DNA of 64,000 nt, from assembly GCA_026707325.1 (NCBI GenBank), contig JAPOXA010000082.1:14026-78025 (forward strand), in the 5' to 3' direction. Under the pieces are notes generated by a model. That model was given only the letters and a program-made list of their open reading frames with translations, did not search any database and had not been told where the DNA came from. Below are positions 56,608 through 64,000 of this stretch, piece after piece. A program made the position numbers and the translations under genes. How positions within the stretch are numbered: position 1 is the first letter of the stretch; each line of letters starts with the position of its first letter. The DNA comes from Acidobacteriota bacterium. GTDB taxonomy: Bacteria; Acidobacteriota; Thermoanaerobaculia; Multivoradales; Multivoraceae.

Positions 56608-56811
56608 CTACGGAAGCAGCCGGTCCAACACCGTCACGATCGTGGCGAAGCCGCCCATGGCGAGCAGGATGCGCCACGTGAGGGCCTCCCTCAGGTTGGC
56701 CAGGTCCTCCTTCGTCGCAACGTGGCGGAGCGTCTCGTCGACGCGAGCCCGCCAGGCAATCCAGTCTTCATTGAGTGCCGGGAAGTCGGTTTTCGATTCT
56801 GTGGCAGGCAT
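56608..56811 (-). CDS. Small hypothetical protein with C-terminal transmembrane anchor
   Basis: The ATG at 56811 has GGAGAA 8 nt upstream. The 67-aa protein has a helical segment (TKEDLANLREAL) followed by WRILLAMGGFATIVTVL. Local GC is lower than the surroundings (32/60 in the first 60 nt by hand count). Confidence 0.45.
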   Translation of the reverse strand: MPATESKTDFPALNEDWIAWRARVDETLRHVATKEDLANLREALTWRILLAMGGFATIVTVLDRLLP

Positions 56812-56885
56812 GGGCCTGTTCTCCAGAGACGGTCGGGGCGGCACGTCGTTGTCAGAGCCTCACTGTACAACAAGGCCGGACGAGG

Positions 56886-58367
56886 TCACGCGCCGCGCTG
56901 CACGGTGGCATGAACGTCCTCGAACTCCGCCGCCGCCCCTTCGGGCGGTTTCGTCCACAAGCTGACGATCACCGTCGCCGCCAGGCCGGCGATGAGCCCC
57001 GGGATCAGCTCGTACAGGTCGTAGTACGACGCCTTGAACCACACGACCCAGGCCACCGTCACCGCGAATCCTGCCGCTATCCCGGCCAGCGCCCCCGGCA
57101 GCGTCGTCCGCTTCCAGAACAGCGAACACAGGACGACGGGAACGAAGGCGCCGCCCAGGCCGGACCAGGCAAACAGCATGAACCAGAACAGCAAGGGCGG
57201 TTCGGACAGGGCGAAGGGGATGGCCACCAGGCCCACGAGCGCGGTGACGAACTTCCCGTAGCGCGACAGGCGCCCCCCGCCACGCGCCGCACCGAGGATC
57301 TTCTGTCCGAAATCCCGCACCACCGAAGACGAGGCGAGGATCAACAGGGAATCGACCGTCGACATGATCGCGCCCAGAACGATGACCAGGAAGATGCCGG
57401 TGAAAAGGGCCGGGAACAGTTCCGCGCTCATCGTCGGCATCACGGTCTCCGGATCGTCCAGCAACGGGAACAGGGCCCGTCCAGCGATCCCGGTGAACAC
57501 GGCACCGACGTCGAACAGGACCATGCACACGACCGCGACCCGGCCGCCCCGCACGAGTTCGCGGCCCGAGGCCGCGGACATGAACCGGGTCAGGAGCTGC
57601 GGAACGCCCAGAAAGGCGAGGCCGATGCCGGCGAAGCTCGCCGCCGAAAGCACGCCGGCCCAGGTCGCGCCGTGGCTGCCCATCGCGCGCAACAGGTCGG
57701 GATCGGCCGCCTGGAGCGCGCCGATCACCTCGTGCCAACCGCCCGCGGCCGCGACGCCAACGATCGGGAGCATGACGAGCCCGCCCACCATGAGCAGTCC
57801 CTGCACCAGATCCGAGTAGGCCACCGCCTTGAAGCCGCCGACCGCCGTGTAGACGATCGTGACGCCCGCGCCCAGGAACACGCCGTGGACGTAGCTGAAC
57901 CCCAGGAAGGACGAGAAGGCCTTGCCCGTCGCCACCAGTTGGGCGCAGCAGTAGACCGCGACCATCGACAGGATGATCGCGATGCTCAGCTTGCGCAGGA
58001 GCTGCCGGCGGTCCCGGAACCGCTCCTCCAGGTAGTCGGGAACGGTGATCGCCCGGTACCGGTCGGTGTACTCCTTGAACGGCCGGGAGACCAGGGTCCA
58101 GGCGATCGCAACGCCCATCACTTCGCCGAACACGACCCAGAGCGCGTGGAAGCCGACCGCGTAGCCCATCCCTGTCAGGCCGAGCAGCAGCCAGCCGCTC
58201 TCGCCGGTGGCGTTCGAACTGAAGGCGATGACCCAGGAGGGCAGCTTCTTGCCGGCCACGTAGTAGCCCTCCAGGCTCCCTCCCTCGCGCCGGCCCCACA
58301 GGCCGAGCCCGATGAGGACCAGCATGTAGAGCCCCAGGGGGACGAGAACCAGCGCGCTAGCCGTCAC
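56886..58367 (-). CDS. Sodium:solute symporter family (SSF, PutP-like) transporter
   Basis: It has a GTG start and about 12-13 TM segments. N-terminal family blocks are YYVAGKKLPSWVIAFSSNATGESGWLLLGLTG. Confidence 0.85.
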   Translation of the reverse strand: MTASALVLVPLGLYMLVLIGLGLWGRREGGSLEGYYVAGKKLPSWVIAFSSNATGESGWLLLGLTGMGYAVGFHALWVVFGEVMGVAIAWTLVSRPFKEYTDRYRAITVPDYLEERFRDRRQLLRKLSIAIILSMVAVYCCAQLVATGKAFSSFLGFSYVHGVFLGAGVTIVYTAVGGFKAVAYSDLVQGLLMVGGLVMLPIVGVAAAGGWHEVIGALQAADPDLLRAMGSHGATWAGVLSAASFAGIGLAFLGVPQLLTRFMSAASGRELVRGGRVAVVCMVLFDVGAVFTGIAGRALFPLLDDPETVMPTMSAELFPALFTGIFLVIVLGAIMSTVDSLLILASSSVVRDFGQKILGAARGGGRLSRYGKFVTALVGLVAIPFALSEPPLLFWFMLFAWSGLGGAFVPVVLCSLFWKRTTLPGALAGIAAGFAVTVAWVVWFKASYYDLYELIPGLIAGLAATVIVSLWTKPPEGAAAEFEDVHATVQRGA

Positions 58368-58606
58368 GCCGCACCGCTCCGCGCGGACCCGCTACCACGA
58401 CGGCGCCGTCCCTCAGACCACCACCGCAGCACGACCAGAGCGGGTCCGGCGCCGACCGACCCCGCGAGCAGCACCCAGGTCGAGATCGGCAGGCCCAACC
58501 ACATGGGCTGGCAGGCTAGCAGCCGGCAGATACACTCACCCGACTTCGCGTCCAGCGCACATCCGTCCGCCTCCGGGCCCGTCGAGAACTGTCGAGAAAG
58601 ATCATC

Positions 58607-61486
58607 GTGCCGAAACTCCACCCTGGAACCGCCGCACTGGCAGCCGCGGCCCTCGCCACGCTCCCGACTCCCGCCGCCGCGAACGACGCACTTGACGAGA
58701 GCACGTTCCTGGATCGAACCCGGCGCCTGATCTACGAGGGCAAACGCTCCGGCGAGGGCTACTTCTCGGCCGACGGCGGCCAACTCGTGTTCCAGAGCGA
58801 ACGGCGGCCGGAGAATCCGTTCTACCAGATCTACCTGCTCGATCTGGCCACCGGAGACACCCGCGAGGTGTCGACCGGAATCGGCAAGACGACCTGCGCC
58901 TTCATTCGCCCGGACGGCTCGGAGATCCTGTACGCGTCGACGCACCACGACCCGCGCTCGGCCGAGCTGCAGCAGCAGGAACTCGACTTCCGTGCTTCGG
59001 GCCGGGAACGCCGCTACGCCTGGGACTACGACCCGGAAATGGAGATCTACGCGGTGGCGATGGCCGGAGGAGAACCGCGCCGGCTGACGAACGTCCGCGG
59101 CTACGACGCCGAAGGCGCCTACTCCCCGGATGGTGAGTGGATCGTCTTCGCCTCCACCCGCGACGCCTACAACCGGGAACTCTCCGAGCGCGAAGCGAAC
59201 CTGCTGGAAGTCGATCCCGCGTACTTCGGCGAGATCTACATCATGCGCGCCGACGGCAGCGAACAGACCCGGCTCACGAACGTGCCCGGATACGACGGCG
59301 GCCCCTTCTTCTTCGCCGACGGTTCCCGCATCGTATGGCGGCGCTTCGGCGAGGACGGCCTGATCGCCGACGTCTGGTCGATGAACCCCGACGGCTCCGA
59401 CCAGCGGCAACTGACCGACTTCGGCGCGATGAGCTGGGCGCCGTACCAGCACCCCTCGGGCGAGTACATCCTCTTCGCCTCGAACAAGCTCGGCTTCGAG
59501 AACTTCGAGGTCTTCATCGTCGACACGGACGGCACGAAGGAACCTGTCCGGGTCACCTACACCGACCGCTTCGACGGCCTCCCCGTTCCGTCGCCGGACG
59601 GCCGCAAACTGGTCTGGACGTCCAGCCGGCACGGCGGCGACGGCGGCCAGCTCTACATGGCCGACTGGAACCACGAGGCGGCGCTCGCGGCCCTTGAAGC
59701 CTCGCCGGACCGTGTACCGGGCGGCCGCACCGAACGACCGGTCGATCCGCGATCCGCGATCGAGAGCCATGTCACCACCCTCGCGTCGCCCGAGTTCGGG
59801 GGCCGGCTGACGGGCACGGAAGGCGAGCAGAAAGCCGCCGCGTACCTCGTCGAGCAGCTCGCGGCGCTCGGCGCCGAACCGCTGCCCGGCGAAGACGACC
59901 TGCTGCTGGACTTCGAGTTCACGTCCGGCGCCCGCGACACGGGCTCGACGATCCGCATCGAAACCGGGAGTGGCGACGCCGCGTTCAGCGACCAGACGCA
60001 GATCCAGGCCCTGGGCTTCTCCGACTCGACGGAGGTCGCGGGCGAGGCGGTCTTCGCCGGCTACGGCATCCGGGTGCCGGACTCCCAGGAGTTCGGCTAC
60101 GACAGCTACGCGACACTGGACGTCTCCGGCAAGATCGCCGTCGTTCTGCGCTACGTCCCCGAGGACCTCGAGGGCGAGGCGCGGGCCATCCTCAACCGTT
60201 ACTCGGGCCTCCGTTACAAGGCCCTGACCGCGCGCGAGGCGGGCGCGGTTGGACTCCTCGTCCTGACCGGACCGCGCTCGCCGAACGCCGGCGAGACGAT
60301 CCCGATGGCTTTCGACACCGCGGCGGCCGGCTCCGGCGTCGCCGCGGCCAGCATCGGCGGCGACGTGGCGGAGGCGCTGTTCAGCGGTACGGGCCGCGAC
60401 CTCGAGGAAATCCAGAAGAGCTTCGACGACGGCAACCCGCACAACGCGGGCTTCCCCCTGCCGGACGTTCGCGTCACCCTCGAGACAACCATCGAGCGGG
60501 AGCGCGGAACGGCGCGGAACGTGGTCGCCGTCCTGCCCGGCAGCAAGGCGGAGAGCCTCGCCAGGCCATGGGTCGTCGTCGGCGCCCACTACGACCACCT
60601 GGGCCGGGGCCGCGGCGGCAACTCGCTGGCGCGGCCGGACGAGAAGGGCGCCATTCACGTCGGCGCCGACGACAACGCCTCGGGTACGGCCGCGATCCTC
60701 GCCGCCGCGCGCCAGTTGCGTGAGCTGGGTCATGACCGGAACGTCGCGCTCGCCTTCTGGTCCGGCGAGGAACTTGGGCTCCTGGGCTCGGCGGACTTCG
60801 TCGAAACCGCCGTCATTCCAACCGAGCAGATCGCGGCCTACGTGAACCTGGACATGGTGGGCCGGGTCCGCGACAACCGCCTGACCGTTCAGGCGGTCGG
60901 CTCGAGTCCCGACTGGACGGGCCTGGTCGAAGCCGCGAACGTCCCGGTGGGTTTCGATCTTGGCGTGCAGACCGATCCGTACCTGCCGACCGACACCTTG
61001 AGCTTCAACAATGCCGGCATTCCGACCGTCAACCTGTTCAGCGGCTCCCACGAGGACTATCACCGGCCGACCGACACGCCGGACCGCATCAACTTCGACG
61101 GCCTGGAGCGCGTGGCTCGCTTCGCCGCCCTGCTGACACGCCGCGCCGCGAACCAGGCAGAGCCGCTCGAGTTCGTCAAGGTCGAGCGGACCCTCCAGCA
61201 GGGGGGCAGCCGCGACACCGTACGCGCCTACACCGGCACCATTCCCGACTACGCCAGCGAAGTGGAAGGTCTGCTGCTGGGCGGCGTGATGGAGGGCGGT
61301 CCGGCCGCCGAGGCGGGGCTTCAGGGCGGCGACGTGATCGTGGAGTTCGCCGGCCAGACGATCGCCAACATCTACGACTACACGTACGCCCTCGATGCCG
61401 TGAAGATCGACGAGCCGATCGAAGTCGTTTACCTGCGCGACGGCGAGCGGCACACGACAACGCTGACGCCCCGCGCGAGACGCTGA
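58607..61486 (+). CDS. Secreted multidomain peptidase: TolB-like beta-propeller + PA/M28 aminopeptidase + C-terminal PDZ
   Basis: It has a GTG start and a signal peptide. Propeller repeats (PDG..I.F.S) come first. M28 blocks are GAHYDHLG, GADDNASGTA and SGEELGLLGS. The PDZ-like block is GGVMEGGPAAEAGLQGGDVIV. Confidence 0.82.
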   Translation: MPKLHPGTAALAAAALATLPTPAAANDALDESTFLDRTRRLIYEGKRSGEGYFSADGGQLVFQSERRPENPFYQIYLLDLATGDTREVSTGIGKTTCAFIRPDGSEILYASTHHDPRSAELQQQELDFRASGRERRYAWDYDPEMEIYAVAMAGGEPRRLTNVRGYDAEGAYSPDGEWIVFASTRDAYNRELSEREANLLEVDPAYFGEIYIMRADGSEQTRLTNVPGYDGGPFFFADGSRIVWRRFGEDGLIADVWSMNPDGSDQRQLTDFGAMSWAPYQHPSGEYILFASNKLGFENFEVFIVDTDGTKEPVRVTYTDRFDGLPVPSPDGRKLVWTSSRHGGDGGQLYMADWNHEAALAALEASPDRVPGGRTERPVDPRSAIESHVTTLASPEFGGRLTGTEGEQKAAAYLVEQLAALGAEPLPGEDDLLLDFEFTSGARDTGSTIRIETGSGDAAFSDQTQIQALGFSDSTEVAGEAVFAGYGIRVPDSQEFGYDSYATLDVSGKIAVVLRYVPEDLEGEARAILNRYSGLRYKALTAREAGAVGLLVLTGPRSPNAGETIPMAFDTAAAGSGVAAASIGGDVAEALFSGTGRDLEEIQKSFDDGNPHNAGFPLPDVRVTLETTIERERGTARNVVAVLPGSKAESLARPWVVVGAHYDHLGRGRGGNSLARPDEKGAIHVGADDNASGTAAILAAARQLRELGHDRNVALAFWSGEELGLLGSADFVETAVIPTEQIAAYVNLDMVGRVRDNRLTVQAVGSSPDWTGLVEAANVPVGFDLGVQTDPYLPTDTLSFNNAGIPTVNLFSGSHEDYHRPTDTPDRINFDGLERVARFAALLTRRAANQAEPLEFVKVERTLQQGGSRDTVRAYTGTIPDYASEVEGLLLGGVMEGGPAAEAGLQGGDVIVEFAGQTIANIYDYTYALDAVKIDEPIEVVYLRDGERHTTTLTPRARR

Positions 61487-61529
61487 CCGGCCAGACCGAA
61501 GACACCGCCACACCCCCAGGGAGGCGCCC

Positions 61530-62861
61530 ATGAACCTCAATCAACGAAACCGTGTCCCGATGCTGTCCGCCGCCGCCTTCCTCCTCGGAGGCCTCCTCGC
61601 CGGCGTCGTGGCGGCCGCTCCGCCGACGGCAGCCGCGGACCAGCCTGGCTCCGCGCCGCTTCCCATCGCCGAGCCCGAAAGCGCCGGCATGTCGAGCGAA
61701 CGGCTCGAGCGGCTCTCCGAGGCGGTCGGCGCCTACATCGACCGCCGGCAGGTCGCCGGCACCGTGACCCTGGTCGCGCGCCGCGGCAAGGTCGTCCACT
61801 TCGAGGCCCAGGGTGAACGCTGGCCCGAGGAAGGCGCCCCGATGACCCGGGACACGATCTTCCGCATCGCCTCGATGACCAAGCCGATCGCTTCCGTGGC
61901 GCTGATGACCCTGTACGAAGAGGGCCGGTTCCAGCTCCGCGACCCGATCGCGAAGTACCTGCCCGAGTTCGCCGAGATGCAGGTCGCAACGGTTCCGGAC
62001 GCCGACGAGTACCTGGGCGCCCCGTACAAGCTGGTCCAGGCCGCGCGGCCGATCACGGTGCAGCACATCCTGACCCATACGGCCGGCTTCGCGAACAACT
62101 ACCGCGGGTTGCTCAACGCGGACTACACGAAACTGCGGACGAACCGCGATCCCGAGTGGACCGTCGGCGACTTCGTCACCGCCCTCGCCGAAATGCCGCT
62201 GGAGTTCCACCCCGGCGACGCCTGGCAGTACGGCCCGTCCGTGGACGTCGTCGGGCGGATGGTCGAAGTGCTGTCCGGTCAGACCCTGGACGAGTACCTG
62301 AAGGAGCGCATCTTCGCGCCCCTGGGCATGGTCGACACCTACTTCTACCTGCCCGAATCGAAGGTCGGCCGCTTCGCCGCGCTGTACCGCCCGGGCGAGG
62401 ACGGCAGGATCGTCCTCACCGAGGCGCCGAACGTGAGCGCCCGGCACGTCCGCGAGCCGCACAAGTACTTCAGCGGTTCCGGCGGCCTCGTCTCCACCGC
62501 CGCCGACTACTACCGTTTCCACCAGATGATGCTGAACGGCGGCGAGCTGGACGGCAACCGCATCCTGGGCCGCAAGACGGTCGAGCTGATGACGTCGAAC
62601 CACACCGGCGACCACGGCCTCTGGCTGCGCGGTCCCGGCTACGGCTTCGGCCTCGGCTACAGCGTGGTGACGGACAAGGGCGCCTCGGCGATGCCGGCAT
62701 CGGTCGGGTCCTACTCCTGGGGCGGCGCCTACTGCACGGTGTTCTGGGTCGATCCCGAAGAGGAGCTGATCGGCATCCTGATGACCCAGGTCCGCCCGTA
62801 CACACATCTGAACATCCGCCAGGATCTCCAGAGCCTGACGTATCAGGCCATCGTCGACTGA
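61530..62861 (+). CDS. Serine hydrolase, beta-lactamase/transpeptidase-like (class C-type fold)
   Basis: The RBS GGGAGG precedes the start. It has a signal peptide and the S-x-x-K motif in FRIASMTKPI. Confidence 0.82.
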   Translation: MNLNQRNRVPMLSAAAFLLGGLLAGVVAAAPPTAAADQPGSAPLPIAEPESAGMSSERLERLSEAVGAYIDRRQVAGTVTLVARRGKVVHFEAQGERWPEEGAPMTRDTIFRIASMTKPIASVALMTLYEEGRFQLRDPIAKYLPEFAEMQVATVPDADEYLGAPYKLVQAARPITVQHILTHTAGFANNYRGLLNADYTKLRTNRDPEWTVGDFVTALAEMPLEFHPGDAWQYGPSVDVVGRMVEVLSGQTLDEYLKERIFAPLGMVDTYFYLPESKVGRFAALYRPGEDGRIVLTEAPNVSARHVREPHKYFSGSGGLVSTAADYYRFHQMMLNGGELDGNRILGRKTVELMTSNHTGDHGLWLRGPGYGFGLGYSVVTDKGASAMPASVGSYSWGGAYCTVFWVDPEEELIGILMTQVRPYTHLNIRQDLQSLTYQAIVD

Positions 62862-62885
62862 CGATCGCGGAGGGCGGCGTCTCCG

Positions 62886-63683
62886 ATGGCGACCTGGGCG
62901 ATCGGCGATGTCCACGGCTGCTTCCAGACGCTTGAGGCCCTGGTCGAGCGGATCGGACTCGATCCCCGAAGGGACCGCCTCTGGATGGTGGGCGACCTCG
63001 TGAATCGGGGCCCCGGTTCGCTCGAAGTGCTTCGCTGGGCGCGCACGCTGGACGCCGAGATGGGCGATAGGTTCCAGGTCGTGCTCGGCAACCACGACCT
63101 GCACCTGATCGCGCGGCACCTTGGGGCCACCAGCAAGAGACCGCGAGACACGCTGAAGAAGGTCCTCAAGGCGGCGGACGCAGCCGAGCTGATCGACTGG
63201 TTGCGCCGGCGGCCCTTTGTCCACTTCGAACGGATAGCCGGCCGCGACTACGTCCTCGTCCACGCGGGGCTGCGGCCCGGCTGGTCCAGGGAGGACGTCA
63301 CCAGGGCGGCCAGGCGGCTCGAACGAAAGCTCCGGGGTCCGAAAGCGAAGAGCCTGCTGGGTCGCCGGAACAACAAGTCGCTGGCGACGTTCACCCGCGC
63401 TCGGATGCTCGACGGGAAAGGCCGGCCCCAAGACTACAGCGGTCCGCTCGAGGAAGCGCCCTCAGGGCTCCGTCCCTGGTTCGACGTGGCGCCGCGGAGC
63501 TGTCCGGATCATACGGCGATCGTCGGTCACTGGGCCGCCCTCGGTCTGTACCTGCGACCCGACCTGATCGCCCTCGACAGCGGCTGCGTTTGGGGTGCAG
63601 CGCTCACCGCGGTCCGCCTCGACGAGCGGCGGGTCGTGCAGACGAGTGTGCTCGATCGACTTCAGGGCGCCGCGCGCCGGTAA
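62886..63683 (+). CDS. apaH: Bis(5'-nucleosyl)-tetraphosphatase, symmetrical
   Basis: Metallophosphoesterase motifs are GDVHGC, GDLVNRGP and GNHD. The 265-aa length and overall similarity match ApaH. Confidence 0.85.
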   Translation: MATWAIGDVHGCFQTLEALVERIGLDPRRDRLWMVGDLVNRGPGSLEVLRWARTLDAEMGDRFQVVLGNHDLHLIARHLGATSKRPRDTLKKVLKAADAAELIDWLRRRPFVHFERIAGRDYVLVHAGLRPGWSREDVTRAARRLERKLRGPKAKSLLGRRNNKSLATFTRARMLDGKGRPQDYSGPLEEAPSGLRPWFDVAPRSCPDHTAIVGHWAALGLYLRPDLIALDSGCVWGAALTAVRLDERRVVQTSVLDRLQGAARR

Positions 63684-63739
63684 ACTCGCCGCAGGATCCC
63701 GGAAACCAACCGGGCCTCGCGTTCGTTGTAACCAGTGAG

Positions 63740-64000
63740 ATGAAGGACGCATACGCGATCTCGCGCATCCTGCTGGCGGACGTCTACGAGGCGACCGCCG
63801 AGCCGGAGTCCGCCCCGGTACCGCGCCAGCGTCTGCGCCGACTTGCCCTGACGCTGTCGACTCTTCTGTTCGCGGCGGCACACGCGGCGCCCGAGCGACG
63901 CGGGTCAAACGATGAAGCGCTCGACCGGCTGAACGAGATGACGTCGACGATCGAGGCCTGCGAGAACGGCGGCGTACTCTCCCCGGCCGAGGCGGAACGA
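63740..64000 (+). CDS. Hypothetical protein, partial (runs off the window end)
   Basis: The frame is open from ATG 63740 to the window edge (87 codons) with high GC3. The sequence begins MKDAYAISRILLADVYEATAEPES... It is not in the supplied track because no stop is present. Confidence 0.35.
   Translation, partial: MKDAYAISRILLADVYEATAEPESAPVPRQRLRRLALTLSTLLFAAAHAAPERRGSNDEALDRLNEMTSTIEACENGGVLSPAEAER

Overview
High-GC (about 65-70% by eye), densely coding bacterial chromosomal segment. I call about 46 protein-coding genes. I recognised no rRNA, tRNA, CRISPR array, transposase or integrase. Most of the window is ordinary envelope and metabolic content. It includes two CarboxypepD_reg-type TonB-dependent receptors, a LarA homologue, hemB, a sulfatase, several peptidases (S9, M14, M28), a CoA-transferase/crotonase pair, a GldA/F/G-like ABC operon with DUF4340, a PVC-type heme/cupredoxin dehydrogenase next to a PQQ dehydrogenase, and apaH. 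This gene mix suggests an Acidobacteriota-, Gemmatimonadota- or PVC-like organism, but that is inference only. The stand-out region is a co-directional defence island at about 44.16-56.43 kb, possibly extending to about 56.85 kb. It holds an SNF2 helicase with a DUF3883-like nuclease tail, a DUF1156 Zn-ribbon adenine methyltransferase and a DUF499 ATPase. As far as I recall, this triad has been predicted computationally to be RM-like but has not been characterised experimentally. Two extra genes sit inside the triad: a DUF262-HNH-AlbA_2(Schlafen-like) fusion and an orphan 214-aa gene. The methyltransferase is split exactly at a perfect (CCCAGAG)x7 heptanucleotide tract. Six or nine copies would restore one roughly 1019-aa ORF, so this looks like a phase-variation switch. 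The DUF262 gene carries what looks like a single-base frameshift. Other observations: an unnamed ~115-aa four-cysteine domain present three times in two proteins; a 164-nt intergenic element closed by a 20-bp inverted repeat inside the ABC/GldG operon; and a Cys-rich insert in an esterase. The many long antisense ORFs in the track are high-GC artefacts.
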